NCBI GenBank assembly: GCA_002448475.1
Contig: DJYI01000139.1
Span: 19,732-83,731, forward strand
From: Verrucomicrobia bacterium UBA6982
Lineage (GTDB): Bacteria; Verrucomicrobiota; Kiritimatiellia; RFP12; UBA3636
DNA length: 64,000 nucleotides
Reading direction: 5' to 3'
Shown: positions 44,839-52,793 of the stretch, in pieces
Position numbering within the stretch: the stretch's first letter is position 1
Layout: the number at the start of each line of letters is the position of its first letter
Program-made: the position numbers and the translations under genes
The notes under the pieces: model-generated
Seen by the model: the letters and a program-made list of their open reading frames with translations, nothing else
The model's database searches: none
What the model was told of the DNA's origin: nothing

Positions 44839-45774
44839 ATGAAGCCCAGCGAAATTGTTCATCGGGGAAGTCCCGCTTCCCTTGCGGTTCTCGTCAACAC
44901 CTGCGACAAGTTCGAAGACTGCTGGAGACCATTCTTTGTCCTCTGGAATAAATTCGGTCTGAAAACGATCAACCACACGGTCTATCTGAACACGGAGCGC
45001 AAATCGTTCGACTCGATGGGTGGTTCCATCCACTCCCTGCGAGTCTGCGATACCAACGACTGGACCGGACCGAAGCCACCGACCTGGAGTTGGTGTCTCG
45101 AAAAGGCTCTCGACTCCATTCCGGAGGATTTCGTCCTCTATCTGCAGGAAGACTACTTTCTGACCGCTCCGGTCAACGAGGCCAGGCTAGCAGACCTTCT
45201 GCGCTGGATGGCCGCTCATCCCGACGCAGGTTGCGTCCGCATCGACTGCGCCGGCAAGTCCACGCCTGGCCCTGAACCCGGTCTTCGGACCTGTGATCCG
45301 AAGTGGTGGTATTTCGTGACCTGCCAAGCCGCAGTCTGGCGCAAGGATGTCCTGCGCGGACTTATTCGCGAGCATGAGGACGCTTGGCAGTTCGAACGGT
45401 GGGCGTCGAAACGCGCGCGAATGATCGGATGCCACTTTTTCGCACTTGAGCCAGAGAGTGGCCTCTGGCCCGCCCAATATCTGAAGACGGGGGTCATTCA
45501 AGGGAAATGGTTTGAACCCGTAGTGCCGCTCTTCCGGAAGCACGGCATCGCGATGGATTTCTCGCAACGCGGGTTCTACGAGGGTAAATACGGGCGGAGA
45601 AACGGCCGTCCTTTCGCATGGCTATTGGCCTTTCTTCTCTATAACGCCAAGGCCTTTGTCTTTCGATACTTTTTGCCATGGTCCAGCTTCCGCGAAATTG
45701 TCGAATTGCGCTTCCATTCGACGATTCCGTCAACGCCACCCCATAATCCAAAGACAGACCAAAGGTTCGCCTAG
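44839..45774 (+). CDS. Hypothetical protein, possibly a GT-A-like glycosyltransferase of an uncharacterised family
   Basis: A coding-like ORF, with its start at the ATG at 44839 (MKPSEIVHRG...). ...FVLYLQEDYFL... looks like a DxD-type motif. The call is weak. Confidence 0.4.
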   Translation: MKPSEIVHRGSPASLAVLVNTCDKFEDCWRPFFVLWNKFGLKTINHTVYLNTERKSFDSMGGSIHSLRVCDTNDWTGPKPPTWSWCLEKALDSIPEDFVLYLQEDYFLTAPVNEARLADLLRWMAAHPDAGCVRIDCAGKSTPGPEPGLRTCDPKWWYFVTCQAAVWRKDVLRGLIREHEDAWQFERWASKRARMIGCHFFALEPESGLWPAQYLKTGVIQGKWFEPVVPLFRKHGIAMDFSQRGFYEGKYGRRNGRPFAWLLAFLLYNAKAFVFRYFLPWSSFREIVELRFHSTIPSTPPHNPKTDQRFA

Positions 45775-45788
45775 TATCTATTGCCTGC

Positions 45789-46826
45789 ATGGAAATCAAA
45801 CACTCGTTCCGGCTCGCCTGGCTTGATGACATCAAGGGATTCGCCATGCTATGCGTGGTGATCCAACACGCCTTTTTGAATCCGCCATGGGGTCGTTACT
45901 TGTTTCTTGGATCAGTCCCTATATTTTTCGTCGCTGCCGGGTTCACGACTACGTCTATGACCTCCGAACAGATTTCAAGAAAAGCAAAACGACTGCTCGT
46001 TCCGTACTTCGTATATGCGGTCGGCCTTGGACTGATCGCCCTCGGTGCTACCTGCTGGAAAAACGGCTCGGGTGCGGACTTCGGCCACCGCATCCTTCTT
46101 CTGCTTTCCGGCATTGCTTATGGAAGACATTCTGTATTCAGAGACGGCAGCGGAATCGGGCTGAATCACTTTGGGATCGCGCCATTATGGTTTCTCCCGG
46201 CTCTTTTTCTTTCGTTTGTCCTGTTGTTCCTCTTCGACAAGTTGCCGAAGTGTCTGCAATTCCCGTATACGATAGGGCTTCTTGCCGGAACGATCCTCGC
46301 AACCCGATTACAAATCTATTTGCCATGGAGCATTGATCTAGCGCCGATCGGAATGTTTCTCCTTGCAACCGGTCGGTTTTTGCGAAAGACGACTGCTCCA
46401 ATTCAAACAGGATTTCCTTTTGTCGATTGTTTTGTATGGCCAGCTTGGGCGTTTCTCGCTCGCACAAATGGTTTTCCGGTTTCGTTTTTCAATGGACAGT
46501 TTGGCTCGCATGGAATGGCAAGCCTCGCCGCTTACGTATTGTTAGCCGTCACTGAATTTGTCCTTCTCGCCAGACTCCTGAACAACACCCACGGAGGGAA
46601 GCTTTTCTTTGTTCCGTTTAGGGCACTCGGGAAGAATTCTCTCGTCTTTCTATGTTTTCAGCTGTTCATCATCAACGCTTGCGAACTGGCATTGGGGAAC
46701 TCGCCGGGGAGTAACATTTCTGTCGGTTTGATCAAAAGTTTGGTCACTATTGTATTCTGCTTGCTCGCTGCGCGTTTGATATTTAGACTTGGAAAAACCG
46801 TCCCTTTCTTCAAATTGCTGGGATAA
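45789..46826 (+). CDS. Acyltransferase family 3 membrane O-acyltransferase (paralog 4)
   Basis: ...LAWLDDIKGFAMLCVVIQHAF... (the AT3 signature) and a multi-TM body. Confidence 0.65.
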   Translation: MEIKHSFRLAWLDDIKGFAMLCVVIQHAFLNPPWGRYLFLGSVPIFFVAAGFTTTSMTSEQISRKAKRLLVPYFVYAVGLGLIALGATCWKNGSGADFGHRILLLLSGIAYGRHSVFRDGSGIGLNHFGIAPLWFLPALFLSFVLLFLFDKLPKCLQFPYTIGLLAGTILATRLQIYLPWSIDLAPIGMFLLATGRFLRKTTAPIQTGFPFVDCFVWPAWAFLARTNGFPVSFFNGQFGSHGMASLAAYVLLAVTEFVLLARLLNNTHGGKLFFVPFRALGKNSLVFLCFQLFIINACELALGNSPGSNISVGLIKSLVTIVFCLLAARLIFRLGKTVPFFKLLG

Positions 46827-46830
46827 TAGC

Positions 46831-47889
46831 ATGAAATCGACCAAAACAACATCATATCGGATCGCCGCTTTCGATGTCTTGCGAAGCATTGCTCTCTTCG
46901 GCATTGTCGCCGTTCATGTCTGCTATTCCTTTCCAGACAATTCGTTCCGCCGCGCCGGGCAGCAACTGGGAGGAACCTTCAACGCTGTATTTCTTCTGTT
47001 GTCTGCTCTTTTGACGGGGTTGGCGAACAAACACATCAAGGAGTCCCCCGCTCGTTTTCTCGCCCGTCGAGCCTTGCGAGTGGGAATTCCGCTTTGGATT
47101 TTTCTTGTGTTTTTTTTCGTTGCCGCCATTGCTTGGACAGACACTACGATCCCGGCTGCAAAGGCCGTGGCCGAGTTCGCATTCCTTGGTTGGCCCGTGA
47201 AACTCCCTGGCCTAGGGCATCTTTGGTTTGTAACGCTCATTCTTCTTTGCTATGCACTAGTCGTTATCCTCGACCACAACCCGGCCCTCTTTGATGGGGC
47301 TCGGAAGGAAGGCTTCATCTTCCTTGCGACCATTACAACATCGTTGCTATTCGACCAGTGGAATATCCCAGCAGTACAAGCCCCGCTTTATCTGTTTTTT
47401 TTCGGTTTCATCTGGAAACACGCGACTGCCATCTTCTCGCTTGCAAAACGATCCATGACCAGAACCGCGTCTGCGATAATCGCGACGGCGGCATTCGTTA
47501 CTTTGCAAATTGGCAGCGCCATAGCATTCCAGCGCGGCTTATGGGACAAATCGCAGATGGGAGCGTATGTTCTGGGGTTGGTCGCGGGAATGTCCTGGAT
47601 CATTTTCGTAATTGGCCTATTGGAACGGGCTTCCATTCCACACATCGTTACGAAACTGTTCTCGACAATCGCGATTATTAGCTATGAGGCATATCTTGTC
47701 CACAACCCGTTCACGCGAATTCCGTTTCCGATCCACAAATCGTTGGGTCTCGACTCGTTCCTGGCCCGCTATTTATTCGTCCTAATCGTCTCTCTGTTAC
47801 TGGCCGGAGCCTTGCATGAAATCGCCACCTACACTCGCACCATCCTTTCAAGGTGGCAAAATCATGCCGGACCTTCACGATTCCCATGA
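46831..47889 (+). CDS. Acyltransferase family 3 membrane O-acyltransferase (paralog 5)
   Basis: ...YRIAAFDVLRSIALFGIVAVHVCY... (the AT3 signature) and a multi-TM body. The start is the ATG at 46831, 5 nt after the upstream stop. Confidence 0.65.
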   Translation: MKSTKTTSYRIAAFDVLRSIALFGIVAVHVCYSFPDNSFRRAGQQLGGTFNAVFLLLSALLTGLANKHIKESPARFLARRALRVGIPLWIFLVFFFVAAIAWTDTTIPAAKAVAEFAFLGWPVKLPGLGHLWFVTLILLCYALVVILDHNPALFDGARKEGFIFLATITTSLLFDQWNIPAVQAPLYLFFFGFIWKHATAIFSLAKRSMTRTASAIIATAAFVTLQIGSAIAFQRGLWDKSQMGAYVLGLVAGMSWIIFVIGLLERASIPHIVTKLFSTIAIISYEAYLVHNPFTRIPFPIHKSLGLDSFLARYLFVLIVSLLLAGALHEIATYTRTILSRWQNHAGPSRFP

Positions 47890-49121
47890 AAAGACACTTT
47901 GGCCAGAAGACCATAATAGCACCTTGCCTTTTTCTCCCACGTAAAATTTCTTTGAACATGTGAAACGGCCGATTTTGACATTTCCGAACGCAAACCCGGT
48001 TCACACAATCTTCGGAATGACTCCGCCATCTTCTCCACGACCTGTTCCTTAGGCCCAACGGATATCCGAAATCCAGCCGATTCCGGCACTTGCGTTGCTG
48101 GCCCACCCCAGTCCAAACATACAACAGGGAGTCCCGCCGCCATTCCTTCCAGACATGCCCAACCGCCAGAATCGTGCATACTTGGATGAACCAAAACGTC
48201 AGCGGAATGCAAATGGCGAAGTGCCACATCACGCGGAAGATTTCCGAGAATGCGAACATGATCGGAAACACCAAGCTTTTTGCAGAGCATCTGCAACTTG
48301 GCTCGCTCCGGTCCATCGCCAATCAATTCAAGTTCAGAATCATTGATGCCAGCTCGGGCGAACGCCTCGACAGCCAAAGCGTACCCTTTCCAGGCAACTA
48401 GTCGTCCCAAGCAAATAAAGCGAAGTCCCTTGTGAAAAACCTTTCCTGCGTCAAGACGCCGGATGTCGGCATTGGACAACGCGGACTCACCCAAGATGAA
48501 AACTTGTGATGAACTGCCACGCACCACACTGCATCTATCAGCAGACACTTTTGTCGTGGCTAGAACAATAGAAGCATTCTTCAGTGTCCCCCTTGTTCCG
48601 GGAGTCCATTCCGAGAAAAATCGGACCAATCCGCGAATTGTTTCAAAAAGACGACCTCGTATCGGCAGACAATTCCGAAGCTGTTTGGGGGTGAACTCAG
48701 CACCGCCGACGGGACCAAGCACATACGGTATCCCGGAATTTGCAAGGCAACTACGTCCCCAATACCTTACAAATGTCACGTGTTGGGCGGCATCAAACCT
48801 TTCCAGCTCATGCAAACGACGGACCTCCTTGCCGGCCATCGCTTGCCAGAACTGGTAGTGGAGCCTGATTTTCCACTCTGTCGGATTTCTCCACACATAG
48901 CGTGCAAAAGGAACTTCAAAAAAATGGAAACGGAGATTGTCCGCAACACGGCCAGCTTTGATTTCCTCTTCTATGTTCGAACGGCATTCCGATTGGGTAA
49001 GAACATGAACTTCGCAGAAAGCCGCCAACGCATTGGCAACGTTCCAACCTACGCCCGGCTCGGAACCGCGTCCTGGCCCACAGGCATAACTGGACAAAAG
49101 GATCTTCAAGCGTTTCGTCAT
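47862..49121 (-). CDS. Family 4 (GT-B) glycosyltransferase
   Basis: MTKRLKILLSSYACGPGRGSEPGVGWN... and ...CLEGMAAGLPVVCLDWGGPATQV... (EX7E-type). Confidence 0.7.
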   Translation of the reverse strand: MTKRLKILLSSYACGPGRGSEPGVGWNVANALAAFCEVHVLTQSECRSNIEEEIKAGRVADNLRFHFFEVPFARYVWRNPTEWKIRLHYQFWQAMAGKEVRRLHELERFDAAQHVTFVRYWGRSCLANSGIPYVLGPVGGAEFTPKQLRNCLPIRGRLFETIRGLVRFFSEWTPGTRGTLKNASIVLATTKVSADRCSVVRGSSSQVFILGESALSNADIRRLDAGKVFHKGLRFICLGRLVAWKGYALAVEAFARAGINDSELELIGDGPERAKLQMLCKKLGVSDHVRILGNLPRDVALRHLHSADVLVHPSMHDSGGWACLEGMAAGLPVVCLDWGGPATQVPESAGFRISVGPKEQVVEKMAESFRRLCEPGLRSEMSKSAVSHVQRNFTWEKKARCYYGLLAKVSFHGNREGPA

Positions 49122-50014
49122 GGTATTGATGGCCCGTGTGACGGATCTTGATCTTGCACGTCAGACGGGAACGATGAAACGGCATCATCTTTCCACCAAG
49201 CTCGAAAAGCGTGGTCGGTGATTCTCTTCTCCGGAGGAGGAGGAGTCATGTAATCGCCGTAAACAGAAGTCAGATACTCCTTCCACCCTGACATGACGCA
49301 TCGGGACTCTCCTTCAAAGGGAACTGTTGCCCATCCCGCATAAATGGAACTCGGAAAAATCTCCCGAATCCCGTACCCCCAAACTGCACAACCAACGAAT
49401 GGTGCTCCTTCAAACGATGTTTGGGACGCTTTCCTGCTGAACAACGGAAGAATCAACCGACTTGGAAGACGACGCACGGCCAACGGAATCAATTTGAAGG
49501 GGAGACAAAGCGAGAGAAACAACTGGCGCCGAAAGGACCGTTTTTTGTTGAATGGAGAGCAGTTCTGAAAAACAAGACACCCCCAAACCACTTTTTTCAT
49601 CCGAATGATTCGGCGAGGCGTTTCGTTATTGTCGGGAAACCCGTCCAAGGGGAAAACATCAAGGAAAACACCAAGTTGCAAATGTCGATATGAATCTTCG
49701 ATCAAGACGGTTCTTTCATCGCAGACTTTCGCAAAGGGGTAACAATACTTGCTGTCATTCTCATGGCAATGGAGCGCATAGCGGTCAGAACGGAACTCAC
49801 GGCAAAACCGTTCGTAATCGGGGCGTGGCATTGCAATGTCAATATCGTCATCCCAAGGAATAAAACCTTTGTGTCGGATTGCCCCGAGAAGGGTTCCACC
49901 ATACAGCGTGTAACGAAGTCCGTTTTTGACGCAGAAGGCATGAACCTCGGAAAGGATGCCTTTCTCAATGTTCTGAATCTCTTGTGTGGAGGAAATCGTC
50001 TTCATGTTCGTCAT
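49118..50014 (-). CDS. LicD-family phosphotransferase, copy 2
   Basis: ...STQEIQNIEKGILSEVHAFCVKNGLRYTLYGGTLLGAIRHKGFIPWDDDIDIAMPRPDYERF... aligns position by position with the pneumococcal LicD N-terminus. The start is the ATG at 50014 (MTNMKT), where the TAA stop of the upstream gene overlaps it by 1 nt. An in-frame ATG at 50074 is an alternative. Confidence 0.75.
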   Translation of the reverse strand: MTNMKTISSTQEIQNIEKGILSEVHAFCVKNGLRYTLYGGTLLGAIRHKGFIPWDDDIDIAMPRPDYERFCREFRSDRYALHCHENDSKYCYPFAKVCDERTVLIEDSYRHLQLGVFLDVFPLDGFPDNNETPRRIIRMKKVVWGCLVFQNCSPFNKKRSFRRQLFLSLCLPFKLIPLAVRRLPSRLILPLFSRKASQTSFEGAPFVGCAVWGYGIREIFPSSIYAGWATVPFEGESRCVMSGWKEYLTSVYGDYMTPPPPEKRITDHAFRAWWKDDAVSSFPSDVQDQDPSHGPSIP

Positions 50015-50862
50015 TAGCTCAAGTAGAGTTTGCCCTCGGTGAAAACACGACTGACAATCAGACAATGTCGCCATCGTCGTCCTATGCGCGCCAGAATGCG
50101 ATAAACGATACGCTCCCTTTTTTGAAGAAACCGAGGAAGTGGATAGTACGATCTTCGAATCTGATCATATTCGGCCCATCTGGTTTCTCTATACACGGTT
50201 GAAACGTTCGAGTCGTGAATCGCGAATGCTCCGATTACGCCGGGCACAAAGTGAAACCTATAACCGGCTTTCGCAAGCCGACAGTAGTATTCGCCGTCCA
50301 TGATGACCTTATAGGACGGATCAAGATAGTGTCCGGAATCAATCGCTCGACGGCGCCAAAAAGACGAACAGGAAGCAATCGTAACAGACGAAACGGCCAT
50401 GACAAAAAACGAGAACCTATGGGAATGCTTGACGCGAATCGGGCACCCATCTTCCGAAACGAAAAGAAAGTCGCCGTAAACAAAATCGGCCTTGGGGTGC
50501 TTTTCGAGGAAGTCGGCGACGAGGGAGAACTTGCCGGGAAGATAGTATTCGTCCGCGTTGAGCCAGGCGACAACGTCGCCCGTGGCGCGGCGAAGGCCCT
50601 TGTTGATCGCGTCGGTCTGGCCCTTGTCGGGCTCGGAAACGTAGGAAAAGGAATAGCGGCCGTCCTTCGCGGCCGGCTGCGCCGCCGCGGAGGTGGCCCA
50701 ATCCTTGAGGATCTGGACGGAGTCGTCGGTCGAGCCACCGTCTATGACGATGTGCTCAATCGCCGGTGCCCCCGGCGCGTCCGCCTGCGCGAGCACGCTT
50801 TCGAGCGCCTTCCTCAGGAAGCGCCCGTAATTGTAGTTCGGTGTAACGATGGAGAATTTCAT
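50014..50862 (-). CDS. Family 2 glycosyltransferase
   Basis: MKFSIVTPNYNYGRFLRKALESVLAQ...IVIDGGSTDDS... is a GT-A DxD N-domain. The start is the ATG at 50862, overlapping the upstream stop as ATGA. Confidence 0.7.
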   Translation of the reverse strand: MKFSIVTPNYNYGRFLRKALESVLAQADAPGAPAIEHIVIDGGSTDDSVQILKDWATSAAAQPAAKDGRYSFSYVSEPDKGQTDAINKGLRRATGDVVAWLNADEYYLPGKFSLVADFLEKHPKADFVYGDFLFVSEDGCPIRVKHSHRFSFFVMAVSSVTIASCSSFWRRRAIDSGHYLDPSYKVIMDGEYYCRLAKAGYRFHFVPGVIGAFAIHDSNVSTVYRETRWAEYDQIRRSYYPLPRFLQKRERIVYRILARIGRRWRHCLIVSRVFTEGKLYLS

Positions 50863-51380
50863 TGCTCGGGAGCCCCCGCCGACACGGGCGATTCGTCCGC
50901 GCCGCAAGGGATGGGGTTTCCGTCCAGCTCCCGCTGGGCGGCGAAAGCGATACGTTGGGCATCCAAGGCGTCGAAGAGGTGTTCGACGGACATTTCGTGA
51001 TAAGGGGAATACAGGAGAAGGATCGTTTCAAGAGGGGCGAACGCTTCAATCTCGCGAAACGAAAGCCCTGTCTTCCACTGGTATTGGGCAAGAGCCCATC
51101 CGGCCCAGAACTCCCGGCTCCGACCGACGACTCCCTTCGGTTTCTCGCGGCGGAATGGGACGCCTGCGTCATCGAGGATTTCCGCCGCGAGCTCCCATCC
51201 TGACTTTCCGCTCACGGTTCCGCTGAGTCCGTTTCCGAAGTCGTCCGAAACGTGCGAGGAAAGAAAGAGACGCCAGAAGTCCCGAAGCTCCATGCCGAAG
51301 AGATAGACCGCGCTCTCCAGCATCGATCCGAGGGCGAGCGAAGCGTCGGAGAGGTACAAGTCACTGTAGGCGGGGATCAT
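50859..51380 (-). CDS. Hypothetical protein, partner of the upstream DUF3990-like gene
   Basis: The start is the ATG at 51380 (MIPAYSDLYL...). It overlaps the upstream gene by 20 nt. I recognise no motif. Confidence 0.4.
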   Translation of the reverse strand: MIPAYSDLYLSDASLALGSMLESAVYLFGMELRDFWRLFLSSHVSDDFGNGLSGTVSGKSGWELAAEILDDAGVPFRREKPKGVVGRSREFWAGWALAQYQWKTGLSFREIEAFAPLETILLLYSPYHEMSVEHLFDALDAQRIAFAAQRELDGNPIPCGADESPVSAGAPEQ

Positions 51381-52032
51381 CCGGACGAATCCTTTCCTGA
51401 AGAATGTTGAGCATGTAGAGTCCGTCCGGATCGAACGGCTGGGCTCGCATCTCGCGGAACTCCCGCCGCGCGTCCGCGTCGCGCCGTTCCCGGGAATCGA
51501 GATAATCGGAGCGGCTTGCCGGTTCCGCCGAAACGAAGGAAAGAGCGCCGAACGCCTTCCGGCTCTTCGCGACGACTTGCAAACCGAGATTGCCGAGCCG
51601 GATCGCCCGCGAAAGGTTGGCATAGGAGAGGGCGCCTGAAAGAAACGTGCGCGCAAAGGAAAAGTAGCTGTCGTCCGCACGATAGCCGACGATGACATCG
51701 GCTTTTGAGTAATCGGGCAGGAACGTCGAAAGAAGATAGTCTCGCGCAGCGGAGGCGATGTCTCCATCGATGTCGAACGTGCGGTTCTCGAGCAGAACGG
51801 CGAGCCAGTGCAACACTGTGAACGACCCATCGGCCAGGTTCAAAACGTTCAATAGGGACAGGTCGAGTTCGTATTGATTGACGAACCCGTCGTGGAGAGG
51901 GGTGACGCTCCACTCGCCGGCAAGAGAACGATCCTCGGTGCAGTAGAACCCAAGCCCGTAGTCGTTGCTTCGCTTGCCGAAGCCGAACACGGGCCTTTCA
52001 ACAACACTCTCGGAACCGTGGAATATCGTCAT
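51361..52032 (-). CDS. DUF3990-like protein
   Basis: MTIFHGSESVVERPVFGFGKRSNDYGLGFYCTEDRSLAGEW resembles the DUF3990 N-terminal consensus (M.LYHGS...DFG.GFY.T....A..WA). The start is the ATG at 52032, preceded by GGAG. Confidence 0.45.
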   Translation of the reverse strand: MTIFHGSESVVERPVFGFGKRSNDYGLGFYCTEDRSLAGEWSVTPLHDGFVNQYELDLSLLNVLNLADGSFTVLHWLAVLLENRTFDIDGDIASAARDYLLSTFLPDYSKADVIVGYRADDSYFSFARTFLSGALSYANLSRAIRLGNLGLQVVAKSRKAFGALSFVSAEPASRSDYLDSRERRDADARREFREMRAQPFDPDGLYMLNILQERIRPDDPRLQ

Positions 52033-52430
52033 TCGGAGGCTCCAAGGGAAACCTCCCTGGACGACGTCCACAGGCCGTGGAGGTTGCAGTAGGCTGTGGC
52101 GTGGAGGGTGCCGGGGACGGTGAGGGAGACGCGGAAGCGGGCGGAGGGCGCGGTGGCGGCGGGGCCGGGCGCGTCGGAGAGGGAGGCGCCGTGCGCCGAG
52201 AAGTCCGCGCGGCCCAGCTCGATCGAGGTGCTGGCGCCTTCGGGGACGAAATGAAGCGCGATCCAGACGATGTGGTGCTGCACCGTGTTCGGATGCGCGA
52301 TCTCCTTGCCGACGTCGACCTCGACGTCGAAGGGGACGCCGGGCTTCACGGACGCCGGGGCGGAGATGACGGGGACGTGCTTTTCCGCCTTCCAATCGGC
52401 GGTCTTGACGGTGGAGGAAAGCGTGTTCAT
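52029..52430 (-). CDS. Superoxide reductase (1Fe-SOR, neelaredoxin/desulfoferrodoxin centre-II type), copy A
   Basis: The Fe-ligand motifs are all present: ...EKHVPVI..., ...HPNTVQHHIVWIAL... and ...CNLHGLW.... The start is the ATG at 52430 (MNTLSSTVKTADW). Confidence 0.75.
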   Translation of the reverse strand: MNTLSSTVKTADWKAEKHVPVISAPASVKPGVPFDVEVDVGKEIAHPNTVQHHIVWIALHFVPEGASTSIELGRADFSAHGASLSDAPGPAATAPSARFRVSLTVPGTLHATAYCNLHGLWTSSREVSLGASE

Positions 52431-52522
52431 TTTTGGATTGTCACCCCTCGTCGGAGCATTTGCCGCCCCGGCGGCGGCAGGGGGTAGAGGTTGATGGTCG
52501 GATGCGTCAAAGGGATGGCGGA

Positions 52523-52551
52523 ATTCTAGCATACTTGAAAAAAAGTTGCAA
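52523..52551 (-). promoter_or_regulatory. Putative sigma70-type promoter of SOR copy A
   Basis: On the minus strand, TTGCAA (-35, 52546-52551), then a 17-nt spacer, then TAGAAT (-10, 52523-52528). The block is conserved upstream of copy B (54755-54782, with a 16-nt spacer). A 13-bp direct repeat CCGGCGGTCGGCC lies just upstream and occurs twice. Confidence 0.4.
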
Positions 52552-52607
52552 CCGGCGGTCGGCCCCTGCCGAACAGCGGGCCGCCCGGCGGTCGGCCCCC
52601 ATCAAGC

Positions 52608-52760
52608 GTCGTCGTTCACTTGGGCGAGAACACTTTCAAGCGCATTCCGGAGGAAGCGCCCGTAGCTGTAGTTCGGAGTGACGATGGAGAATCTCATTGC
52701 GCTGCGGTCTTGACGGTGGAGGAGAGGGTGCTCATGGCGCGCATTCTAGCAGGGAAGGAG
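52608..52760 (-). pseudogene. Chimeric gene remnant: SOR 5' end (13 codons, MSTLSSTVKTAAQ*) joined by an ATGA junction to a GT2 5' end (about 30 codons, MRFSIVTPNYSYGRFLRNALESVLAQVNDDA*), plus a fragment of the SOR -10 region
   Basis: 52625-52700 is about 85% identical to 50790-50865, the 5' end of the GT2 gene and its junction with the DUF3990-partner gene. 52703-52737 resembles the SOR start region 52396-52430. Confidence 0.5.
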
Positions 52761-52793
52761 GCCCGGCGGCGCAACCGGGGGCGGATCGAGAAG

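Noticed and set aside
52441-52620. The SOR upstream region as a riboswitch or structured ncRNA
   Set aside because: Its conservation between the two copies is explained by the segmental duplication itself. I could not see a convincing conserved secondary structure by eye. I interpret it as a promoter plus 5'UTR.
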